Shown piece after piece: positions 9,466 to 18,248 of a stretch of 64,000 bases of DNA (positions within the stretch are counted from its first letter, which is position 1; the number at the start of each line of letters is the position of its first letter). Source of the DNA: an uncultured Thermoleophilia bacterium (GTDB lineage: Bacteria; Actinomycetota; Thermoleophilia; UBA2241). The stretch spans positions 1-64,000 of the forward strand of contig CAVQSP010000010.1 in assembly GCA_963715985.1 (NCBI GenBank). The letters are read 5' to 3'. The position numbers and the translations under genes are program-made. A model generated the notes under the pieces. It made no database searches, had not been told where the DNA came from, and saw only the letters and a list, made by a program, of their open reading frames with translations.

Positions 9466-10845
9466 ATGAAGGAGCTCTTCATCGGCAGAGGCAGGGAGCT
9501 CAAGAGCCTGGAAGAGGCCTGGGACCAGCCGGGCTCCAGTCTCGTGCTGGTCTGGGGCCGACGCCGCGTCGGCAAGACGCGACTTCTCGGCCGCTTCGCC
9601 GAGGCCAAGCGGGCCGTGTTCTACGGCGCCACCCAGCAGGCGCCGGCGGCCGAGCTGGCGGCGTTCTCAGACGCAGTGCGAGGCGCGCTCGCCCCGTCGG
9701 GGACCGACCTCCTCGCCCACGGCGACTTCCCCAACTGGGTGTCCGCACTCGACTACCTCGCCGAGCGCGCTGCCTCACGGAGACTCCTGGTCGTCCTCGA
9801 CGAGTTTCCCTACCTCGTGGCGACCGAGCCGGCGCTGCCATCGATCGTGCAGCGCTTCTGGGATCATCGCGGCCGCGAGTCGAAGCTGATGCTCGTCTTG
9901 TGCGGTTCGGCGCAGGCGATCATGGTCGATCTGCAATCGCAGAACGCACCGCTGTTCGGGCGCGTCGACCGCCGTGTTCACGTGGAGCCCTTCGCCGTGC
10001 AGGACGCGGCGCTGTTCACTCCGGGAGTCGCGGCCGTTGATGCGGCGACGATCTACGGGATCCTCGGCGGCATGCCGACGTACCTGTCGCGCTGGCGCCC
10101 CGGCCAGGGCAGAGACGCCAACCTACGCCGGCTGTTCGGCGAAGCCGCGTCGCCGCTGATCGAGGAGGGCGAGTTCGTTCTGACGAGCGAACTGCCGGAC
10201 GCTTCGGGCTACTTCCGCATCCTGCACGGCATGGCCGCCGGCAATCGCACCTTCAACGCCTTGCGCGACTTCGCCGCCATCGACATCACGCGCCAGCTCG
10301 ACCGGCTCCAGCGTGTCGGGCTTGTGCAGCGCGAGGTGCCGGTGACCGAGGACCCCCTGCGCTCGAAGCGCGTGCTGTATCGCATCGGCGACAACTTCCT
10401 CCACTTCTGGTTTCGGTTTGTTCATCGGCGGCGCGTCGACGTCGCCCGCGGGCTCGGTCGGGAGGTCGTCGATCGCGCGATCATTCCCAGGCTGAGCGAC
10501 TACATGGGGGAGCCCTGGGAGGAGATGTGCCGCGACCACGTCAGGCGACTGGCGGCCGGCGGCGCACTGCCGGTCGAGGTATCGACGGTGGGGCGCTGGT
10601 GGAACCGCGACAACTCGATCGAGATCGACGTGGTCGGCCTCGACGATCGCAAGGTGGTGCTGGCCGGTTCGGTCAAGTGGGCGGCATCCAGTGGTCGAGC
10701 TGAGCTGCGGCGACTGCAAAGGGCGGTCGAGGCGTTGCCGAACCGGGCACCACGCGTTGAGTTGGCGCTCTTCGCACGCGAGCGAGTGAGAGACGTCGCG
10801 CCCGACGAAGCGCTCACCGTCACGGCGGACGATCTGTACGCATAG
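9466..10845 (+). CDS. Archaeal-type AAA+ ATPase with C-terminal DUF234 (PD-(D/E)XK-like) domain
   Basis: FIGRGREL, Walker A GRRRVGKT, Walker B VVLDEFPY, LCGS, DNFLHFWFRF, GRWW...EIDVV...GSVKW. Confidence 0.88.
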   Translation: MKELFIGRGRELKSLEEAWDQPGSSLVLVWGRRRVGKTRLLGRFAEAKRAVFYGATQQAPAAELAAFSDAVRGALAPSGTDLLAHGDFPNWVSALDYLAERAASRRLLVVLDEFPYLVATEPALPSIVQRFWDHRGRESKLMLVLCGSAQAIMVDLQSQNAPLFGRVDRRVHVEPFAVQDAALFTPGVAAVDAATIYGILGGMPTYLSRWRPGQGRDANLRRLFGEAASPLIEEGEFVLTSELPDASGYFRILHGMAAGNRTFNALRDFAAIDITRQLDRLQRVGLVQREVPVTEDPLRSKRVLYRIGDNFLHFWFRFVHRRRVDVARGLGREVVDRAIIPRLSDYMGEPWEEMCRDHVRRLAAGGALPVEVSTVGRWWNRDNSIEIDVVGLDDRKVVLAGSVKWAASSGRAELRRLQRAVEALPNRAPRVELALFARERVRDVAPDEALTVTADDLYA

Positions 10846-10916
10846 GGCGGACGGCGACGGATCGCCGTCGCTGGCGCCGATACTGCTTCATCACGGATCG
10901 GCGCCGCACGCTCTCT

Positions 10917-10968
10917 GTCACTCGTCGATCGCCCGGGCCCGCCCCCTGCGGCGCAGGAGGAGCGCCGC
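10917..10968. repeat. 52-bp direct repeat, copy 2
   Basis: Identical to 9324-9375; encodes the SBP C-terminus and stop codon. Confidence 0.95.
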
Positions 10969-12753
10969 AACCACTACGACGAGCGCGCCCACGACCCCGG
11001 CGGCGATCCACGGCGTCGCGCTCGTCCCGGCCTCGGCGGCGGCGGTCACGGGCCGCAGGTTCAGGTAGGTGTCGACGTTGCCGGCCGTAAAGAAGGCCGG
11101 GCCGTTGCCGTCGTTGACGCGCGTCCAGCCCGTCCAGCCGGCGGTGTCGTAGGCCTGGAAGAAGTCGGGGTAGGCGACGACCACCCACGGCGTCTGCTCG
11201 TACATGATCTGCTGCATCCGCCAGATGGACTGCTGGCGCTCCACCGGGTCGAGTTGCGCCGCTTGTTCGTCGGCGAGCTTGTCGTACTCGGCGTTCGACC
11301 AGCAGGGCTCGTTGGTGGCGCCGATCTGCCAGCTTGCCTCGGCGGTCAGCGTCTGGCCGGGGTCGACGTAGCCCAGCCAGCTGTCGATGTACAGGTCGAA
11401 GTCGGGCCGGTACGTATCGCCCTCGAAGTTCCACACACGGGCGCTGAGGGCGCCGGCGTCCAGCACCGAGAACTCGATCTTGATGCCGAGCTCCTGCAGC
11501 CAGCCGGTGATGAGCTTGCCCTCGGTCTGGGACGGTACATTGTCGGAGGTCGCGTACAGGCGCAGCGTGATCGGCTTGCCCTTCGCGTCGACACGCTTGC
11601 CGTCCTTGAGCGGGTAGCCGGCCTCGTCGAGCAGCCGGCCGGCCTCAGCGCGGTCGAAGCCCACCTCCTCGGCGGCCGACGGCTGCCAGTGGTAGTCGGG
11701 GTCCTTCCAGGTGTTGGGCGGGACGATGGTGGTGCCGGGCGCAGCGTAGCCCTGGAACGCGATCGTGCAGAGCTTGGCCCGGTCGATCGCGTAGTTGAGC
11801 GCGTTGCGGAACTTCCAGTCCTTGAGCACCGGCGCCCCGAGCGAATCCGGGCTGTCGAAGCAGTTGAAGTTCAGGTACTCCCAGTTGTAGTAGGGGTACG
11901 CGAGCGCCTCGGTGCCCGGCTCGGACTCGAGCGTGCGGAACTGGGCCACGGGGATGCCCCACGCCGCGTCCAGATTGCCCGACTTGTAGTCCATGGTCAT
12001 CGTGTCCGGGTTCTGGTAGGTGGCGAAGATGATCTCGTCGACGGTCGGCGTCGTGCCGTAGTAATGCGGGTTGCGCTCCATGCGCAGGAACTTGCCCTTG
12101 GCGACCTCGGACGTGAAGAACGGTCCGCTGCCGACGATGGGCACCGGGTTGGTGAAGCTCGTCTGCGCCGCCTTCGGCGTCACCTTGCTCCACACGTGCC
12201 GCGGCAGGATCGGGATGAAGATGCGCTCCATGTCCGCCTTCGGGCGCGAGCAGGTGATCCGCACGGTGGTCGGGTCGAGTGCCTTGGCGCCGAGGATCCC
12301 GCGCGTCGCCAGCGCCATGTTGAACATCTCGTTCTTCACGATGTAGTTGTAGGTGAAGGCGACGTCGTCGGCCGTGAGCGGCTCGCCGTCGCTCCACTTG
12401 AGGTCCGGGCGGATCTTGATGGTCCAGACCTTGCCGTCGGCCGAGAGCCCGCCGTTCTCCCTGGTCGGGTATTCGGTGGCCAGGTCGAGTGTCGGCTTGT
12501 CGGAGACGCCGAACCCGAAGAGGAAGCTGTAGTTGATGGACCAGATCTCGTAGTCCTGGTTCTGCCAGCCGATGAACGGGTTCAGCGTGTCGGGCTCGAC
12601 GGTCCAGCCGATCTTGAGGACGACCTGGTCCGCCGAGGCAGACGGAGACGGCTCCGACGCGGAGGCCACGGCCGCGAGGAGCAGGGCGGCCACGGCCAGC
12701 GCGACGAGCAGAGCGGGAAGCCGGAGCGCGGTCCGGCGGAGTGCCTCGATCAT
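10918..12753 (-). CDS. ABC solute-binding protein, family 5, with C-terminal TM anchor
   Basis: IGWTVEPDTLNPF, KWSDGEPLTADDVAFT, GSGPF; C-terminal TM plus RRRGR. Confidence 0.9.
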   Translation of the reverse strand: MIEALRRTALRLPALLVALAVAALLLAAVASASEPSPSASADQVVLKIGWTVEPDTLNPFIGWQNQDYEIWSINYSFLFGFGVSDKPTLDLATEYPTRENGGLSADGKVWTIKIRPDLKWSDGEPLTADDVAFTYNYIVKNEMFNMALATRGILGAKALDPTTVRITCSRPKADMERIFIPILPRHVWSKVTPKAAQTSFTNPVPIVGSGPFFTSEVAKGKFLRMERNPHYYGTTPTVDEIIFATYQNPDTMTMDYKSGNLDAAWGIPVAQFRTLESEPGTEALAYPYYNWEYLNFNCFDSPDSLGAPVLKDWKFRNALNYAIDRAKLCTIAFQGYAAPGTTIVPPNTWKDPDYHWQPSAAEEVGFDRAEAGRLLDEAGYPLKDGKRVDAKGKPITLRLYATSDNVPSQTEGKLITGWLQELGIKIEFSVLDAGALSARVWNFEGDTYRPDFDLYIDSWLGYVDPGQTLTAEASWQIGATNEPCWSNAEYDKLADEQAAQLDPVERQQSIWRMQQIMYEQTPWVVVAYPDFFQAYDTAGWTGWTRVNDGNGPAFFTAGNVDTYLNLRPVTAAAEAGTSATPWIAAGVVGALVVVVAALLLRRRGRARAIDE

Positions 12754-12798
12754 CGTTTCCCCCTTGTGGATCTCAGTGCCACCGGTCCAACCTCCATC

Positions 12799-12818
12799 TT
12801 GATTGGACGGACAATAAA
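12799..12818. promoter_or_regulatory. Putative TetR operator, copy 1
   Basis: TTGATTGGACGGACAATAAA; 18/20 identical to 13531-13550; ATTG-N6-CAAT dyad. Confidence 0.7.
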
Positions 12819-12867
12819 GTCGAGAGCCGTGCGGATTTGCCACCCGGCCCCACCGCGGCGGCGAGCG

Positions 12868-13491
12868 TCAGGGCTGCTGCTGCCTCTCCCTCAAGAAGGC
12901 GAGCACCATGTCCTCCCAAAGGTGATAGGTGCCCTCGTGGTCGAAGTGCTCCCGGTCGGCGGCATATTGCACGGCAAGTCCGTCGACGATGGCGACGCTG
13001 AGGGCGGCCAGCTTGGAGAGGTCATCGCCGCCGCCCGCGCCGGATCCGGCCGCGAGAGTCTGCCGGTCGAGCTCCCGCGACCTGGCGTAGTCGGCGGCGA
13101 GGCCCTCACGCAGGCGATCGTCGCGCATGATGTGTGGCAGCAGCTCGTAGAAGGCGCGGAACCCGCGCCAGTCCGCCGAGATCTGCCGCTGCTCGCCGAT
13201 CAGGGCCCTGACCCGCTCTTCCGGCTCCTCGATGCCCTCGAGGTGCTCGCGAAGCGCCTCGTCTTCCGCGTCCATCAGTGACTCGATGATCGCATCGACG
13301 AGGCCCTGCTTGCTCCCGAAGTAGTACGCGACGAGGGCCCTGTACTCACCCGACTCCTCTTCGACGGCCTGCAGGGTGAGTCTCGTGTACCCCTGCTCGG
13401 AGAGGATCTTCCTGGCGGCGTCGAGGATGCGCCGCGCCGTCGGCGACGAGGCGGCGTCCTTGGCTCGCGCCGGACTCGGACTCCCAGCCAC
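12868..13491 (-). CDS. TetR family transcriptional regulator
   Basis: RRILDAARKILSEQGYTRLTLQAVEEESGEYRALVAYYFGSK. Confidence 0.9.
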   Translation of the reverse strand: MAGSPSPARAKDAASSPTARRILDAARKILSEQGYTRLTLQAVEEESGEYRALVAYYFGSKQGLVDAIIESLMDAEDEALREHLEGIEEPEERVRALIGEQRQISADWRGFRAFYELLPHIMRDDRLREGLAADYARSRELDRQTLAAGSGAGGGDDLSKLAALSVAIVDGLAVQYAADREHFDHEGTYHLWEDMVLAFLRERQQQP

Positions 13492-13530
13492 CCGCCACCT
13501 CTCTTCCTCCGCCGCTCTTGCGTACCCTGT

Positions 13531-13550
13531 TTGATTGGTCGTACAATAAA
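13531..13550. promoter_or_regulatory. Putative TetR operator, copy 2, overlapping a TACAAT -10 box
   Basis: TTGATTGGTCGTACAATAAA in the divergent tetR/aguA intergenic region. Confidence 0.7.
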
Positions 13551-13621
13551 CACACGGTCAGAAGAATGCAAGGGGCCGCGACCGGAATCCCGGCCGCGCG
13601 GCCCTGCCCGAAGGAGTCGTC

Positions 13622-14689
13622 ATGCCGCCAGCCGCCGACCCGCGCACCACAGGCCCCTCGACGCCGACTCCTGCGTCTCTCGGCTTCCGCATGCCGGCGG
13701 AGTGGGAGCCGCACGAGCGCTGCATCATGGGATGGCCGACGGAGCTCCGCCACGACGTCTGGGGCGAGCACTACCTGCTCGCCATGGCGAGCTACGCGGC
13801 CGTCGCCCACGCAATCGCCGAGTTCGAGCTGGTCCTCATGCTCGCGCGACCCGGCGAGGGCGCAGTCGCACGCAGCTACCTGGGCCGCGATGTGGAGGTC
13901 GTCGAGATGCCCATCGACGATTCCTGGCTGCGCGACAGCGGCCCGATCTTCCTCACGCACCCGGACGGCAGGCTGGCGATGAGCGACTTCGTCTTCAACT
14001 CCTGGGGCGAGAGGTACCTGCCCTACGACAACGACGCCGCCGTCGGCGCGCGACTGGCTGAGCTCTTCGGCGTCGAACGGTTCGCCGCCCCGATGGTCCT
14101 CGAGGGGGGCAGCATCACCGTCGACGGAGAGGGCACGCTGATCACCACCGAGAGCTGCCTGCTGCACCCGTCGCGCAATCCGGGCCTGACCAAGGACGAG
14201 ATGGCTCAGGTGCTCAAGGACTTCCTCGGTGTGGAGAAGGTCATCTGGCTCATCTCCGGGCTCGGACTCGATGAGGATCCCGACACAGACGGCCACGTGG
14301 ACGGGGTCGGCGCCTTCGTGGGCCCCGGCAGGGTGCTGCTCCACATGGTGCGCGACCCCCAGCACCCCGACTACGAGAACCTGCTCGAGAACAGGCGGCG
14401 CTTGGAGACGACCGACGCGGAGGGGCGCACGCTGGAGGTGGTCGAGTTCGATTGGCGCAGCCGTCCGGTGCTCATCGGGGACACGCCGATCGTCGAGACG
14501 TACATCAACTCGTACTTCGCCAACGGCGCCCTGATCGTGCCGACCAGCGGCACGGCCGACGACGAGGCGGGGCTCGAGCTGCTGCAGGAGATCGTGCCCG
14601 GGCACGAGGTCGTCGGCGTCCCGTGCCCGGTCATCGGCTACGGCGGCGGCGGCATCCACTGCATCACGCAGCAGGTGCCGCGGGTGTGA
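13622..14689 (+). CDS. aguA: Agmatine deiminase family protein
   Basis: RMPAEWEPH, DDSWLRDSGP, LEGGSI, DTDGHVD, GGGIHCITQQVP. Confidence 0.92.
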   Translation: MPPAADPRTTGPSTPTPASLGFRMPAEWEPHERCIMGWPTELRHDVWGEHYLLAMASYAAVAHAIAEFELVLMLARPGEGAVARSYLGRDVEVVEMPIDDSWLRDSGPIFLTHPDGRLAMSDFVFNSWGERYLPYDNDAAVGARLAELFGVERFAAPMVLEGGSITVDGEGTLITTESCLLHPSRNPGLTKDEMAQVLKDFLGVEKVIWLISGLGLDEDPDTDGHVDGVGAFVGPGRVLLHMVRDPQHPDYENLLENRRRLETTDAEGRTLEVVEFDWRSRPVLIGDTPIVETYINSYFANGALIVPTSGTADDEAGLELLQEIVPGHEVVGVPCPVIGYGGGGIHCITQQVPRV

Positions 14690-14893
14690 CCGGGCGGGCG
14701 GCCGCGAGGCACATGGCCGGCGCGGGTGCAGCCCGACGTGGAGAGTCCGGCCGCCCATAACTTGTGCGAATCTCGCCACCCTCGCGAGCCGCCCGCTACG
14801 GATTGCTCGGCGAAGTTGAGCGCCGGCGGCGGCGGAGCTTTACTCGCGCGCCGGGCGGCCATACCCTCGAGACTCCGCGACGAAGGTAGGGCG

Positions 14894-16363
14894 ATGAAGA
14901 GGAACCTGCAGGCCGGACGGCCCAGCTCGGGCGGGTTGAGCCTCAGCGTGTTCACCGAGGCCGAGCTCGCCGATATCCATCTCGGCTCCCTGGAGGTCCT
15001 GGAGCGCGCCGGCATGTGGGTGGAGGACGACGGCGCCCTGGACATCTTCAGCGACGGCGGCTGCCTGGTCGACCGGGAGGCGCACACGGTGCGCATCCCG
15101 CCACACCTCGTCGAGGACGGCCTGCGCTCGTGCCCGCCCAAGACCTACCTGTACGGCCGCGACCCCGCCAACGACATCGTCCTCGAGGCCGGTCGCGTGT
15201 ACGTCTCCAACTTCGACGAGGGCATCATGATCGTCGACGTGCGCACCGGCGAGTACCGCCACCCCGTGCTCACAGACGTGCACGAGGCGGCGCGCCTCGT
15301 CGACGCCCTCAGCGACATCGACACCTACGAATCGGCCGTGCATCCGGTGGACGTGCCCGAGGAGACCGCCAGCCTCTACAAGTGGGAGGCGGCCATCGCC
15401 AACACGAGCAAGCCGGTCGGTACCGAGGCCGTGAGCGCCGCCGACGTGAAGAAGCTCGTCGAGATGGCGACCGTGGTCGCGGGCGGCGAGGACGAGTTCC
15501 GTCGCCGCCCCCTCATCGGCTTCGGCTGCTGCCCGGTGAGCCCGCTGCAGCTGCCTCGCGATGCCACCGACGTGATCATCGAGTCGGCGCGCGCCTGGTG
15601 TCCGGACACGATCCTGAGCATGGCCATGTCCGGCGGGTCGTCGCCGGTCACCCTCGCGGGCACGCTCGTGCTGCACAACGCCGAGGTGCTCGGAGGCATC
15701 GTGTTGGCACAGCTCACCGAGCGCGGCTGCCCGATCACCTACGGCTCGTCGACCACGGCCATGGACCTCAGGCTGGCCACCGCCTCCGTCGGATCTCCGG
15801 AGCTCGCCCTGTTCAGCGCCGCCTGCGCGCAGATGGCGCGGCGATACGGTCTGCCGACCTTCGTCGCCGGGTTGTAGACGGACGCCAAGCTGGGTGACGC
15901 GCAGACAGGTCACGAGAAGACCCTCACCGGACTCCTTCCTGCGTTGGCAGGTGCCAACCAGATCTACGGGGCGGGGATGATCGAATCGGGCGTCACCTTT
16001 GACTTCGGCCAGCTGGTCATGGACAACGAGATCGCGCGCATGATCAAGCGCGTGGTCGGCGGCATCACGGTCACGGACCAATCCATGGCCGTGGACGAGA
16101 TCATCGGGGTCGGCGCGATGGGCGACTTCCTCTCGCTGGACTCGACCCTGCGCCACATGCGCGAGCTCACCCAGCCGGTCATCCTCGACCGCCGCGTGCG
16201 CGAGGACTGGGAGGCGCAGGGGAGCCGCGACCTGGCCACGGTGGCGCACGCCCGGGCGCTGGAGCTCGTGGAGTCGCACCAGCCGACGCCGCTGGACGCC
16301 GACGTCGCCAGGCAGCTGCGCAGCATCGTGGAGGCGGCCGACCGCGAGCGCGGCGTGGCCTGA
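14894..16363 (+). CDS. mttB: Trimethylamine:corrinoid methyltransferase MttB with in-frame TAG (pyrrolysine) at 15875-15877
   Basis: Two listed ORFs are in one frame, joined by TAG: [49 protein letters not shown], matching the MttB Pyl site (VAGS-O-SDAK..QAGHEKT); 489 aa with readthrough. Confidence 0.93.
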
Positions 16364-16549
16364 CGGTCGGCGCGGCGTGCCCGGAGGTCGGCCCGGCGTG
16401 GCCGGACGGTCGGCCCGGCCCTTCCCGCACGACGCTGCGACCCGTCACGGCAGCCGGGTCGCCGGCCCCTCTGAGAAGGGCGCCAAGTGGACTCCCGTGA
16501 CGCAAGCCTCGCGAGAACGTGCGGCCGAGGCGGGATTCATGACTGCCCG

Positions 16550-16587
16550 TTCAACAGGAGGCACAAGCAACGGTGTCTTCTGTTGAA
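16550..16587. terminator. AT-rich hairpin between convergent mttB genes
   Basis: TTCAACAGGAGGCAC-N8-GTGTCTTCTGTTGAA, 15-bp stem with two G-U pairs. Confidence 0.5.
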
Positions 16588-16622
16588 ATCGCGGTGAGGA
16601 CCATGCCTGCCGTGCCGCCTGG

Positions 16623-18093
16623 CTAGCCCCGCCCGGTGTCGCCGGCCTTGACCAGCCGGCGGAGCTCCGCGCGCACGTCCTCGGGGAGCGGGTCGGGCGC
16701 GTGCGTGCGCAGAATCTCACGCGCCTGCTCCTCCGCATTCTGCAGCGCCCCGTGGCGCCCGCCGGTCAGCCACGCGTCGTACGGCGTCCGGTCCCAGACT
16801 CCCGGCCGCCAGATCTCGCCCAGGTGCCGGCGCGTGTGCTTCTCGGCCAGGTACGTCCCGCCGTGCCCGACCGCGCGGATGGCGTCCAGCGCGAGCGTCT
16901 CGTCATTCACCTCGATGCCCCCGGCCATGTGCGCGACGATGCGGTACACCTCGACCTCCCTCAGCAGGTGCGCATAGCTCAGCGTCGTCGAGCCGTCCAG
17001 CAGCCCGCAACCGCTCATCATCTCGGCGCCCGCAGCCACGCTGGCCAGGGTGGAGAGAGCATCGTCCACGGCAGCCTGCCAGCCGGGCTCTTTGGCGCCG
17101 CTGGCCATGGTGCCCATGTTCACGGCGAAGCCGAACGTGGTGCGCCATCTGCGTGGCGGCGGCGGCAAGGACGTAGTCCTCCGGGCTGCCGCCGGTGTAG
17201 CCGCCGGTCTTGAGGTCCATCACGGAGGGCGCGCCGGCCATGAAGCAGGGCGCGCCGGGGTGGGCCAGCTGGACCAGCACAAGACCGGCGACAACGGCCG
17301 CGAGGTTCACGACCAGGTTGCCGGCCAGGCTGGCCGGCGCCGAGGCGCAGGCGAGCGTCAACGAGAGAAAGCCCACACGCACGCCGGCCTCCGCCGCGAC
17401 CAGCGCCGCCTCCAGGCTGACGGCGTCGTTGGCGAGCGGGTCGATGGGGCAGGCGATGAGGCTCATGAGCGGCCGGCGGCGGAGCTCCTCGGCCCCGCCG
17501 GCCACCGTCCGCGCCATCTCCACGGCGCGCCGCGTCGTCTCCGCGCCGACCACGTCCACGGCCTGGAAGTGCTTGCTCGTGTTGGCGAAGACGGCCACGA
17601 GCTCGTAAAGCGGCCGCATTTCCCGCGGCACGTCCTCGGCGGTGACGATCGGGCCCCAGCAGAAGCCGACCTCGGGGACGGCGTCCACAAAGCGCGCCGC
17701 GTCGGCCACGTCGGCCCCGGTGCTGCGGCGACGCTCGCCCGTGGCCGGGTCCAGCACTCACACGCCGCAGCCGTCGTTGCTCAGATAGCTGTGCCAACCG
17801 TCCAGCACGAGATCGCAGCGGGGGTCACGGGCGGCGAGCAGCGGCGCCTGCGGCGCCGCCTCCAGCGCCGCCCGCACCACCGCCTCGGGCAGGCGCGCGA
17901 CCTGCGACGTGCGGTCCACACGGCAGCCGCCGCGTTCCAGCACGTCGAGCGCGCGCGCCAGCGGGAAGCGCACGCCCACCTCCGCCAGCGTGAGCACAAC
18001 GCCATCCTCGAGCCGCGCCACGTCGGCGTCGTCCAGCACGCGCCAGCGGCGCCGGCACGGGATCGGCGCGATCCGCCCACTTGTCTCAGCCAC
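16623..18093 (-). CDS. MttB-family methyltransferase, non-Pyl, interrupted by in-frame TGA (17758-17760) and a frameshift near 17136
   Basis: Three ORF pieces (17758-18120, 16903-17757, 16623-17168) are collinear with the paralogue at 23750-25147 (MDLKTG..TGG.PED; SGAKEPGWQ). Confidence 0.8.
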
Positions 18094-18248
18094 AGGCACG
18101 CCGCCCTCCCCTCCGCACACCGTGAACGCTCCCCGGTCGCAACGTTACACCGCTATACTCAACGTGTCCTTCGGGACGAACGAGACGCCGGGGGGGACGT
18201 CCGGTCGCTCGGCCGGCACGTCCGTGGCGTCGCAGCGAAGGGGGAGAC

